A DNA stretch of 64,000 nt from Paraspadella gotoi (Eukaryota; Animalia; Chaetognatha). The translations under genes were made by a program, and so were the position numbers. Positions 11,901 to 24,600 of this stretch are shown here, piece after piece. The stretch's first letter is position 1. Each line of letters opens with the position of its first letter. Location of the stretch: assembly GCA_051294375.1 (NCBI GenBank), contig CM119267.1, positions 26,692,278-26,756,277 of the forward strand, in the 5' to 3' direction. The notes under the pieces were generated by a model, which was not told the origin of the DNA, searched no databases, and saw only the letters and a program-made list of their open reading frames with translations.

Positions 11901-13648
11901 GACTTTCATATTTTCTACTCAACTAATTTTTATTAAAATCAATGAAATAACCACTGGTTTGCAAATGACAGCATTTTTTTACCGGCGCTTGTAAAATTGT
12001 CACCATGTACAAAACAGCAAAGTATTTCCAATGTAAAATTCAAAGCATTACAACCATTCGGGCCGAGGGCTTATCTTTGAATAATTGCTTTCCCTCATCC
12101 CTCGGCCCATCCAACGTCGCCCTTTGCCCCAGTCCCAGTTCTCGCCCCATGATTCGTCCGTCTCGCGCTCCTCTTTGATCGCCCGATCGCGGTCCATGAG
12201 AGAGAGAGGGGGATAGGGAACATGGTGAACGGAGGGGAGGCGGATCTTTGTATCTGCTGACGATACTTTTGTTGTACCCCTCGTTGGGGATGAGCATCAT
12301 TTTTAAACAACTCATTGTTTTATATCAAATTTGGTAGCGTTCGATAGACAATTGCAAACATTATCTACATGCATAATTTCATCATAATCCGACAATCTGT
12401 TCAAAAGTAATCACCAAAAAGCAATCGCAAAAATCGCTCTTCAAACCGATCAACTTTCGCTTAAAATCGAGCTCGTTTTGATCCAACAAAGTCAAAGATT
12501 AGTACTATGCGTAGTACTAAGCTTTAGAACCGGCGCAGAGTGAGATCCTGGGCCTGAATTTTTCAGAAAAATCCCGTTCAATTAAAAATATCTTTTTATT
12601 ATATATTAATTATAAGAATAATTTTTTAAAAATTTATTTGAATATTAAAATAATTAAAAAGTAATTTTATATAATTTTAAATAAATAAAATAAAATTATT
12701 TTATAATAAAATATATATTATTATCAGATTATATAATAATAATAAAATAATAATTATAATTAAAAAAATAAAATTATAATTAAAAAAATAAAATTATAAA
12801 TTAAAATATATATATTTTATTTATTATTATTATTTTATTATTATTATTATTGTTATTATTATTATTAAAATTAAAAAATTTTTTTATCTATTATATTTAA
12901 TATGATTATTATATTTCATTAAAATTAAAATTTTATTTTAATCTTATATTTTTTAATTATACCATGATAAAAAAAAATATCGCAGTTTAAAAAAATTAAC
13001 TAATTTTATTATAAAATATAATTTTTTATGCATATATACTTTTTAATATATAGTATTACCTTTCTCGGATTGAATAAAAAAGTTCATTTTTAAAACTATC
13101 ATTATATTTATATAAATATTTTTTATATATTATATAATAATATAAAAAATTTAAAAAATTATTTTTCTAACATTTGGGACTCACAAGCAAAACTGTGCGA
13201 CGATTTTTGTTTTTAATAAATTTTTATTGGACTTTTTTTAAATTTTGCATTATATTGAGAAAATGCTTTTGAATTAAGCCCGCGCTCTACCTGATTTGAA
13301 TAGTAAAATCAATACAGTTTCTGTCAATTGTGTTCAAAATTGAAAAAAATGAAGGCTTGACTATGCAGTTTTCACCTAAAAAACCAGTTCATTTGATTGC
13401 TTTATCAAGCATTAAAGATTGCAAGGCTTCCCAAGACGCCAAGCTTTCAGAATCTGCCCATATTTTTTTGGGCCGTGACTATGCAGTTTTGAATAGAAGT
13501 GAAATATAAAGTAATCTTGATCGGAGCTTCGATTCGAACGATGCGCATCTCTACCCTCGTCCTTTTTTTATATAGGATTTAATATTTTATATTACCCTCA
13601 TATTTTTATTGTATTGCAATAAGGTCAAACCGCTTAAAAGCATGATAC

Positions 13649-14221
13649 TATGGTGGACTAAAATCCACCAACCGTTCATCAGCGGCCATTGGTGCCGGAG
13701 GAAAGTCATTCGCCTCCCAACCCAAAGGTCCGGGGTTCTAGCAGTTAAGGGGGACAGGGCGCTTAACCCTCCTGTAACACGGTGTTACAGCCTGATCCGA
13801 AGCTCATTGACTGCTTATATTTAATGGTTCTGTCACTAACACAACAATAATTACTGTTTTTTCATTGGTGAGCCCGACTTCCGAACACAACAGCAACAAC
13901 ACTTTCAGGCGACATGCCTCAACTTGGTGACGAACTTTCCACCATCAACAACAATACACTGAAGAGACGCAACAGACTTCTCCCTATGGGAGGGGGGGGA
14001 TGTATGGTGGACTAAAATCCACCAATCATTCATCAGCGGCCATTGGTGCCGGAGACAAGTCATTCGCCTCCCAACCCAAAAGTCCGGGATTCTAGCCCGG
14101 TGGTCGCTGAGCAGTTAAGGGGGACAGGGCGCTTAACCCTCTTGTAACACGGTGTTACAGCCTGATCCAAAGCTCAGGGACTGCTTATCATGAACTCATA
14201 GCAATAATTACTGTCTCTTCA
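13649..14221 (+). mobile_element. TRIM family B with tRNA-like cassette in its LTRs
   Basis: LTRs 13649-13864 and 14003-14221, PBS TGGTGAGCCCGAC (13866-13878), PPT GGGAGGGGGGGGA, flanks ATAC/ACAC, tRNA-like fold at 14034-14109. Confidence 0.88.
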
Positions 14222-14280
14222 ACACCATCAGTTCGTAACTATCAGGTATCGGGATCGATCCCTAATGGTACCTACCCTGC

Positions 14281-15243
14281 GGTAGAGCGTTGAAAAATAA
14301 CAAAATATAACATAGGTACATAGCTATTTTAGTGTAATGTAGTCTGTAGAATTCGATGGTGATGACCATTTTTTCTTGTCGGAAATGACGGTTTTTAATG
14401 TATATAAAATTGTTATAAAATAGCAAAACCATTATAAGTTATTTTAAATCAAATTATTAAAATTTTATAAAATTTATATGAGCTTTTGAAATATAAAAAT
14501 AAAGACTTATAAAAATATTTTGGTAAGTTTATTTCTAAATTTTATGTTTTATAAAATGTTAGTTAACTATATTTATTAATAATTGAGTAAAAATTAGGCT
14601 AACGTTAAAAAATAATAATTTCAAAATTTTTTTCATGGATTTGCATTCTTTGCAAAAAGTTGATATAAGAAAATATAATTATTATATAAAAATTATGTCA
14701 TTAAGTAGGTCAAAATTCAGAAAAACTATAATTTTAAGCCAAAAATTGAAAATTAAACAAAAATAGTAGTTTTTAATATTTTTAACCTACTTAATGAGAG
14801 AATTTTTTAAAATGGATTATACTTTCTTATATCAACTTTTTGTAAGGAATTCAAATCCGTTTTTAAAATTTTAAAATTTTTATTTTTTCACTTTAGCTTA
14901 TTTTTTATTATTATTTTTTAATAAGTATAGCTAACAAACTATTAATAAAATATAAAAATTTTAAATAAACTTACCAAAATATTAATATGGGTCTTTATTT
15001 TCATATAATGTAAGTTAAATATAGCTTTTATAAAATCTTAATAATTTGAGTTTCTTATACTCTACGATGTTTTCTCCATTTTAATAGCACCTTATATGCT
15101 GCAAAAATCGCCATTTCTGACAAAGAAGATGAGACTATACAAAAAAATGGTTATCATCATCGAATTCTACAGACTTTATTACACTAAAATATCTATGTAT
15201 CTAACTTGATTTGTTATATTTTGTTATTTTTCAACGCACTACC
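14281..15243. mobile_element. ~960-bp foldback element
   Basis: The two halves are imperfect reverse complements throughout (GGTAGAGCGTTGAAAAATAACAAAATATAACA / TGTTATATTTTGTTATTTTTCAACGCACTACC), centred near 14760. Confidence 0.85.
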
Positions 15244-15427
15244 CCGCAGGAAGCGTGAAGACGGCCCTACACTGCCTGGAAATCCCTCAAGCCTGATTCC
15301 AAGCATAGGACCAGTTCCATGGAGTCGAAGTTGCGGCTAGCGCTCTTCAGCCCATTTGGTGCCTTATCCACATAAAATTTTAATATTAATTTTAATATTT
15401 TAATAATAATAGTAATAAAAATAAATA

Positions 15428-15903
15428 AACCCCGGACCTTTGGGTTGGGAGGCGAATGACTTGCCTCTGGCACCAATGGCCGCTGATGAATGATTGGTGG
15501 ATTTTAGTCCACCATACATCCCCCCCTCCCATAGGGAGAAGTCTGTTACGTCTCTTCAGTGAATTGTTGTTGTTGGTGGAAAGTTTGTCACCAAGTTAAG
15601 GCATGTCGCCTTTTGTTTAGCGGAAAGTGAATTGCCAGGTTGAGGCATGTTGCCTGAAAGTGTTGTTGTTGCTGTTATGTTCGGAAGTTAGGCTCACCAA
15701 TGAAGAGACAGTATTTATTGTTGTTAGTGACAGAACCGTTCAATATAAGCAGCCCCTGAGCTTCGGATCAGGCTGCAACACCGTGTTACAGGCGGGTTAA
15801 GCGCCCCGTCCCTTTTAACTGCTAGGCGACCACCGGGCTAGAATGACTTGCCTCTGGCACCTATGGCCGCTGATGAACGGTTGGTAGATTTTAGTCCACC
15901 ATA
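15428..15903 (-). mobile_element. Second TRIM family B copy, inverted, 3' LTR truncated
   Basis: Reverse complement of 13649-14090, with 5' LTR 15701-15903, PBS and PPT. Confidence 0.85.
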
Positions 15904-18881
15904 GTATTATTATTGTTAACCTTATGGTTAGTGGTAGTGTTATACTTAATAACGTTTATGAATTAATATCTGATAAGCTTAACTGAGAGAGAGAGAAGTA
16001 ATAGTGGTTAAATACATTATTTATTGTATTGTAACTTAACATTAATAGTATTAAACAAGATGCACAATGATTGACATATTATAAGTGTTAAGCTAAGAAA
16101 AATAAATTTAAATAAGAATTCGAACTGTACTTGTTGATGTCAATTTATCAATTGATAAATAATTTATAAATGCTCATTTGATCTGCAACTATCACTACAC
16201 CTTATTATCGAGCTTCGTATTTAGTATATGCAGTTTTTAAGAGGTCATTCAACTTAACAATGCATAATCTTTGATGTATTAGAGCAAATACATCGAGAAA
16301 TACATCGTGATCATCAACAAAAAAGTTGTTATTCATATGTAAACATTCTGTTTTAAATATTTTTTTTAAATCGGTAAATAACAAAATTGTTAAATTAAAT
16401 CGGTATGCTCATTTATTAATGTAGGGCTGCGCATCGTTCGACATCGACAAGTCCGAATCACAGATTCCTTTATATTTCACTTCTATTCAAAACTGCATAG
16501 TCAAGGCTAGATACCTCACCCGAGAGCTAATATCATATATATTTTTTATATATTTTTATGCCGGTCCCTTGAGGATGATATCAATATTCACTTGCAAAAA
16601 ACGTTTTTAAATTCCTACAATGATTTCTGAGATATAGTCATAAACGTCAGCCTTGAAAGGCAAAATTTGTCAGAATAAAATTTTCGAGTTTCTTCTTAGA
16701 TTTCTGACGCGCTAGTACAAACTATTTAAAAAAAAGAGGAACGTTTCACTGATTTCTTCCAACATAATCCATAAATGAGTAAGACAATTGGGTACACCTG
16801 ATAGTCATAAGTCTCTAGAGGGCAGAAAATTTTTCTTTAGGTTTTATTTTGAAATTTAGGTATTGTACCAATAGGATAAATTGAGATACTCCTGCTCTGC
16901 CGAAATTTTTATTTAACAAAGATTTGTACTGCGTAGTTCAAATCTTTAGTTCTCTAACGGTAAAAAAAGTTTTTTCTTGAATAACTTTTGAAAGAAAAGA
17001 GATAGGAACGTGGGCGAGGTATTAAATTAAGCCCTAATCATGGGACACCTTTCTAAATAAGTTTTATTAAATTTTATCCATAAATCTTTACACAGCCTTT
17101 ATTTAAATCGGAGTTAAAAGTATAACAGTTTTTTGGATTAAAAATTTCATTGAAGCTATATGAAATTTGTTGTTTTTCTTTCTTAATTTGAAACAGGAAA
17201 GCCTAAATTACATTTTGATTACCATTAAATTTTCTCTACTGCATAAAATTGCTTGCATTTTTCAGTTAAAGTAAAAAAACAAGCAAAAATTTATGTAGTA
17301 GCTTGATAAAATGTTTTTTTAAATATAAAAAATGATAAATACAAAATGTTTTCAGCTTAATATAAACAGTCTGGACGTCTACCTTCTTGTATGTGGAGAA
17401 AAAATCGTCATTTTTCATTATCTTCAACTGCAAACAAAAAGCTTGACACACTGCTTGTTTATCATAATAAAATTTTTAAAAATTACATAGCTGGGGACAT
17501 ATTTGACAAAGCAAGACATCATTGTGTTAAATTGTATTGATAATTTTTTTTTAAATAGAAAAAAAGATAATTTATTTTTAGCTTTCTTTTATTTCTTCTT
17601 AAATAAAAATTTCAGTGAAGAAAAAAAAAATTAAAATCTACTCATCTTGAATGTCATTGTTACTGATTAAAAGGTAAAATTTTTTAATTCGCCCTTTTGC
17701 CCCCAAGCCCCAAGACATGGAAGTGCCCAAAACTTTTAAAAACATTTTTATTTGATGTGCATACAAGGCGGAACCCGCATTCTGAATTTTTGTATTTTCC
17801 CTTTCAAACATATTAAATAAAAATAATTATTTTCGAGATGTTTGACGGTGACAATGCCACTGGTAAGGCTTCGTTACCTCACTTCCCGAATGAATTTTTA
17901 AACGAGGATTTTTTTCCGTCTATTCGAGACATAACACTAACTATTGATATTACTAGTTTTTTGATTCACACAATCTACTTCGCGTAATCAGAGAAACGTT
18001 TAGCGTGTCAAAAAAATAGGGTAAAAAATGAGTAAAACGTTCTGACAAAATTAAAAATCGATGGAGGAATCTATCAAGGCCCATATAAATTATATCAATA
18101 TGGGTAGATTTCGAAAGCTTGGCGTCTTGGGAAGCCAACGGAGGTAGAGCGCGATCGAAATACCCATTTTATCATGCCCAAAAATGGTATTTAAATGAAC
18201 TGGTCAGACCGTTTTTTCCCTTTTCCCAAAAAAACCTGCTTGATCTTTTGTAAAATAGAACAAATCATACATATCAGTACGGTTTCGGATAGCTTATTGT
18301 CTTCTCTACTAGAATAAAAAAAAGAAAAGTTTAAATTCTTGCAATCTTGAATGCTTGATAAAGCAATCAAATGAACTGGTTTTTTAGGTGAAAACTGCAT
18401 AGTCAAGCCTTCAATTTTTTTTTGTTCTAAGACCATCGAAAGAAACTGTATTGTTTTTACTATCTGTTTAGGTAGAGCGCGGGGGTAAATTTAGAGAGTT
18501 TATATTAAATTTAGAGCAAATAGAAAGGATATCAAGTTTTTGCACGCTAAAAGCTTTTTTAAGCGCGTTCCGGTCTGTATTGAAAATGGTTGACGTAGGT
18601 TAGCCAATGAGGACATCAATTAAAAATAAGCATTGATCATGCGCGATCCGGGCCAGATAAATACCATATTTCAACATGGCTTTACCATATTTTTACGTTT
18701 TAGAACGCAGTCTGTATGAAATGTTTTGAATTTCACGCCTGTGATATTGGCGTTCTAGGCGTCGTTTGTCCCTTGTTAGTCTCTTTATCTTATCTCTTGA
18801 AGAGACATTAACTATTGTTATGTGATAGTGACAAAACCGTTCAATAAAATCTTAAAAGCAATAGGGATCGAGCCTACTTTT

Positions 18882-19100
18882 AATGATAACCAAATATTGA
18901 TGCGATGATAACCAAATATTGATGCGAAGATAACCGAAGGATTGATGCGATGATAACCAAATGATGGATGCGATGATAGTCATTCATTGATGCGATGATA
19001 ATCATTCATTGATACGATGATAATCATTCATTGATGCGATGATAGTCCTTCATTGATCGGATGATAATCATTCATTGATGCGATGATAGTCATTCATTGA
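18882..19100. repeat. 22-bp tandem array (TTGATGCGATGATAGTCATTCA)
   Basis: Visible units; a reverse-complement array lies at ~60590-61005. Confidence 0.9.
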
Positions 19101-19111
19101 CGTGACGTGAC

Positions 19112-20075
19112 TTTGAAAAAAGTATGCATATTTAAAAAAAGTATGCATACTTTGAAAAAAGTATGCATACTTTTTTCCAAGTATGCATTACTTTTTTCAA
19201 AGTATGCATACTTTTTTGAAGTATGCATACTTTTTTTAAAATATGCATACTTTTTTTAAAGTATGCATACTTTTTTCAAAGTATGCATACTTTTTTGAAG
19301 TATGCATACTTTTTTTGAAGTATGCATACTTTTTTTGAAGTATGCATACTTTTTTTAAAATATGTATACTTTTTTCAAGTATGCATACTTTTTTGAAGTA
19401 TGCATACTTTTTTGAAGTATGCATACTTTTTTTAAAATATGCATACTTTTTTTAAAGTATGCATACTTTTTTCAAAGTATGCATATTTTTTTAGTATGAT
19501 ACTTTTTTGAAGTATGCATACTTTTTTCAAAGTATGCATACTTTTTTCAAAGTATGCATACTTTTTTGAAGTATGCAACTTTTTTAGAAGTATGCATACT
19601 TTTTTAAATTATGCATACTTTTTTAAAAATGCATACTTTTTTCAAAGTATGCATACTTTTTTCAATTATGCATACTTTTTTTCCAATTATGCATACTTTT
19701 TTAAAGTATGCATACTTTTTTAATATGCATACTTTTTATAGTCTCAATATGCATACTTTTTTGAAGTATGCATACTTTTTTAAAATATGCATACTTTTTT
19801 AAAATATGCATACTTTTTTAAAATATGCATACTTTTTCAAGTATGCATACTTTTTGAAGTATGCATACTTTTTCAAAGTATGCATACTTTTTTCAAAGTA
19901 TGCATACTTTTTTCAACTTCATACTTTTTTAACTTGCATATCTTTTTCAACTTGCATATCTTTTTCAACTTGCATATCTTTTTCAACTTGCATATCTTTT
20001 TCAACTTGCATATCTTTTTCAACTTGCATATCTTTTTCAACTTGCATACTTTTTCAACTTGCATACTTTTTAACT
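19112..20075. repeat. 19-21-bp array with palindromic core AAGTATGCATACTT
   Basis: Dozens of units, grading into TTTTTCAACTTGCATATC after ~19910. Confidence 0.92.
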
Positions 20076-21079
20076 AATTACCGCTAAATTTTCTTAGTCA
20101 AATCCGACATTGTTTGCTCAAACTTGTTCATAATAAAATAAGCCGGATTCAGATATGACAAATTTTAGATATTAAACTATCGTCATCATCATTAGTTTAA
20201 TTAATTTTATTCATTGCATCAATTTACTTACCATTATCAATCATTATCTTTTAATTATAGTTTTATTGCTATTCTATTAAAATCTGTTATCATAAAATTA
20301 AAATGATTCAAAAATGAAAAATTAATCGTGAAGTGACGATAGTGAATTCTTAATCTTGAATTAACGATATTAAATTGAGTTAGTTTAAATGTAGTTTTGC
20401 TGGTGAGATCAGTCAATATACTTTCAATTTATTACTTCTTTGGCTCTCTTGTCTTTTCCTCTTTTTATTCTGTTATAATTATGTTATTTTTGTGATTAAT
20501 TTTGTAAGGATTCCTTTTTTTTCCTGGCTTCGCTTATTCTATTTTCTCTTATGAGGCCCGGTTCGCGCATAATCGCTATTATCGGTTTAAAGCTTAGTAC
20601 TACAGTAGTTCAAATCCTTATTGGATCAAAACGAGTTCGATTTTAAGCGAAAGTTGATCGATTTGAAGCGCGATTTTCGCGACTGTTTTATTGCCATAAC
20701 TTTTGAACGGATTATCTGATTTTTATGAAATTTTGCATATAGATAGTATTTTAAATTCCCTATCGATCGGTACCAAATTTATTTAAAATACTCAATAGTT
20801 TAGAAACGATGCACATCCCCAATTAATGATTTGTTTTTCAATCTGGTTGTTAAAAAATTCTAGGTAAGAAGTTAAAACACGGTAGCAAATTAGAAGGGGA
20901 GAGTTAAACGATTAAGCTTATTACTTGTTTGTTTTCCAGTCTTGAACAAAATCTTTAGTTAAATAGATGGTAAAAAAATTAGATATACCCTGAACGATTG
21001 TAATAATATTGATTTAAAAATTTAATAGCAATCTTAAAAACATTTGTGAATGTAATAGAGAGACATTTCGATAAACGTA

Positions 21080-21543
21080 TGTGGGTTTGAACTCGGGTCA
21101 TTCAAAACAAATGAACAATCTAACTCACAAGCAATCAGCTGATTTTAACTTATGGTTTTATCCACCCTTTAGAAAACCATTTCACAAAGTTTACTAAAAA
21201 TTAACAGACTCTCTTCAAGTTCAAATCTCTATCTCATTATTAATTTACTAATTATTTCATTGTTATTGAGATTACTTATTGATGTTATTAATTAATTAAT
21301 TGATTTACTGTTTCATCATATAGATATTACAATTGCTTGTTGACAAGAGCAGCTGAATATCTATATGCTTTGATTATTTTATTTAGGTGCATTTTAATAC
21401 CAAACCAAGCAAGATTGGTTTTTGGATCAACTTTTATACAAAGCAAAAATAAACTTTTCATATCGCCACGAACGTCAGCGTCTACATCACTTCCGGTCCG
21501 ACGCCAATCGCTCCGTTTCCAAGGCGACGATGACGTATCCACA
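21080..21543 (+). repeat. 5' LTR of the Ty3/gypsy element
   Basis: Near-identical to 27004-27455; TG...CA ends; followed by PBS TGGTGAACCTCGAC (21545-21558). Confidence 0.95.
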
Positions 21544-21612
21544 TTGGTGAACCTCGACAAAGAAAATTTTCCAACCTTCATACTCCCAATACAGACTGTA
21601 ATTCAATCACTG

Positions 21613-24600
21613 ATGAGCGAGCAGCGCAAGACCCGCCTTCAAAGCAGCCTCAACGCCGCCGGAATATTCAACCGGAATCGCTCGCCATCTCCTAACGTCG
21701 CCACCAACGCTCTTGGCAACCCAAGATTCACTTTTGCTCCACCGCCGCCAAGCACCGCAACGTTTTACAACGCCGACGGTGTGATGGCGGCCGCCTCCAG
21801 CGCCAATAAAACGGAAGCACTCTGCTCTGCCCTCACCTTGACTCTTAAGGCTCTAGAGAAAAAGAAAAAACCTGAGTTGCCAAACTTTGACCCTAAAAAC
21901 ATCGACATTTGGATTCGTAGGGTCGAAGCAGCATACGTGCGCGCCAACATCAAAGACGCCGCAGAAAAGTTCGCCCATCTAGAGTCTAAAATCAGTGTCG
22001 ACGCCAATCCGCGTGTCAACTCTTTCCTCTACGGCGAGCCAACGTAGGAGAGGTGGTCGATTTCATCTCTTACCTTCGTAAGGAATACGGGACGACGCAG
22101 CGCCAGCAGGCAGCGTTACTCCTTGATGGCGTCGCCCTCGACGGCCTGCGCCCGTCACAACATCTGGCTCAACTGGAAGAAAAGATTAAAGCAGTAACTA
22201 TTGACGATCTGAAAAAAGAGACAATTATAAGAGGATTGCCGATTGAAATAAGGCGCCTGATTGAGGACAAAGTTGACGATTGGACATCGACACAGCTCGC
22301 GGAGGCCGCCGACAAATTTTTTGACGCCGAAGGACGCCCAACTCTTGCGGCGCCCTCCGCGGCCATCAACGCCGCCATCCTCGACAATGGCACCGACGAA
22401 TCAGAAGGTAATTTAGATGGCGAACCCGAAATCAACGACATCCAAGGCCAACGCCACGACAAAGGCCATCCCCACCGTGACAAGTGGCGCTCAAGCACCG
22501 CAAGTAGCTCGTCAACCACCTCCCGTCCTCCAAACGCTCGTTTGAAGCAGATTTGCCGCAGGCATCTCAAGCTTGGCAATGCTGCTTTCCGCTGCAAGCG
22601 CGGCTGCGCCGGCAAAGGAGAGAGGAGGGACCGGTAGGCGACGCAGGCGGGAAACGGCGCCGCGGGCCAGTGAAGGTGAATTTCTGTACCCCGCGCCGAC
22701 AATGATTCACCTGACAATTACCTGCTCTACGTTAAGGACGCCAGCGATGGCCGCCAATGGTTGGTGGATGGCGGCGCCCTTCTCTCCCTCGTCCCGCCCA
22801 CTGCAGCTCAAAGGGAAGCAGGACCAGTCGGCCCAAAACTCCAAGCAGCCAATGGCAGCCCAATCCCTTGCTACGGCGTCGTTCATCGACGAATCGTCCT
22901 TGGCACGAGTTTTTCCCTTTAATGTACTCATCGCCGATGTGACCCAGAACATTTTGGGCGCCGATTTCTTGGCGGAGTTTTATCTTGCCCCCAACCACCG
23001 CGATGGCACCCTTCTGGACCTTAATGACCTCTCAGAGATTCCCTGCTCCATCTCACAAATAAGTCCACCAACTCAAGTCAATTTGGTAGAACAGAAGGAC
23101 AGTGTTTTTTATCAACTCCTTGATCGCTACCCTACTTTGTCTACACCTACCTTCGAGCTCAAAGAGCCTAGACATGGGGTACGCCATCACATACCAACCT
23201 ATGGAAGACCTTGCCAAGCTCGTGCGCGGCGACTACCTCCCGAGAAGCTTGCCGTAGCCAAGGCCGAGCTTGAGAAACTCGTCGCCCTCGGCATTGCCAA
23301 AAGGGCCAAGAGTTCTTGGTCCTCCCCCCTTCTGTGCGTCCCAAAGGCGGATGGAGGGTGGCACTGCTGCGTCGATTTTCGTCGATTGAACTCAAAAACA
23401 AAGAATGATAAATACCCAGTCAAACTTCTTGCGGATTTCAACGCCGAACTGGAAGGAAAAAATATTTTTTCAAAGATCGATCTCGGTTGCGGACGAAGAT
23501 GTGCCTAAAACGGCAGTGATCACACCGTTTGGACTTTGTGTTCCTACGAACTCCATTCAGCCTCAAAAACGCTGGGCAGGATTTCCAGCGAATGATGGAC
23601 GAAATTCTCGGCGACATCCCTCATGTGTATTTGGACGACATCCTCGTTGCCAACGAGAATGAGGAGGAGCACTTGAAGGATCTGGAGGCAGTCTTCAACT
23701 CCCTTGCAGAAAACGGATTAGTGATCAACTGCAAGAAGTGCATCTTGGGTCAACAGTCTCTGGAATTCCTCGGATATCTAGTGGATGCAACAGGCGTCAA
23801 GCCACTCCCACAGAAGGTGGAGGCCATCCGCGCCACTAACCCGCCAACGACGGTCAAGGAAATCCAGAGATTTCTCGGCATGGGAAATTATTACCGGAGG
23901 TTTATCCCAAAAGCCGCCCACCATGCTGCAGCACTTTACGACATCCTTGCCGGAAAACCCAAGAAGCTCAATTGGTCCGACAAATGCACCACTTCCTTCA
24001 ATGCTGTTAAGGAGGCACTGGCCAATGCCGCACTTCTCTGCCATCACTTCAGATGCATCTGACATTGCTCTCGAGGCCGTCCTGGAGCAAAGGACCCAAC
24101 AGGGATGGGAACCTTCTTCTCGGCCAAGTTAGACGAGTCGCAAAGGCGATGGCCTCCCTTTGATCGGGAGCTTTATGGAGCTTTCTGAGCTGTGAGACAC
24201 TTTCAACACTGGCTAGGAGGTAGAGCTTTCACCTTATACACGGATCACCAGTCTCTAATCCATGCCCTTCACAAATGCGCTGAACCGCAAACAACTTGTC
24301 ACAATTTTCAATTGTCAGTGATTTCAGAATTCACAACAGACATTAGACACATCCGTGGCAAGGCCAACGTGGTCGCCGATGCCCTTTCCCGACCAAATCT
24401 GCCCCCAATTGCAGCAGTTGATCAACCTGTACCCCTCGAGAAGGCCCAAGATCTGGACTCTGGAGAGCACTGTTAATGCCATCGGCCATGAAGGCATTGA
24501 CCTGGAAGAGATAGCTCGCCATCAAGCCCTCGACAGAGACTTCCAAAGGCTCTCGCAGGATACTCGGACCGGTCTACGATTCAGAAAAGTCTCTCTCGGC

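Larger units (their letters stand above)
5760..12007. mobile_element. Long-TIR element (TA|CATGGTGAC...GTCACCATG|TA) hosting nested inserts
   Basis: Arms ~5760-6020 and ~11700-12007 are reverse complements with TA on both sides. A related palindromic copy lies at 38933-39800. Confidence 0.8.

Noticed and set aside
15440-15465. GGCGAATGAC resembling HDV ribozyme J4/2
   Set aside because: No P1/P2/P3 arrangement could be built; it is the antisense of the tRNA-like core.
15478-15516. CTGATGA followed by a hairpin in TRIM B (possible retrozyme hammerhead)
   Set aside because: No GAAA or stem III follows; the hairpin is the LTR terminus.
19236-20087. Repetitive ORFs and CRISPR-like periodicity
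   Set aside because: Head-to-tail satellite with no unique spacers and no cas genes, in a eukaryotic context.
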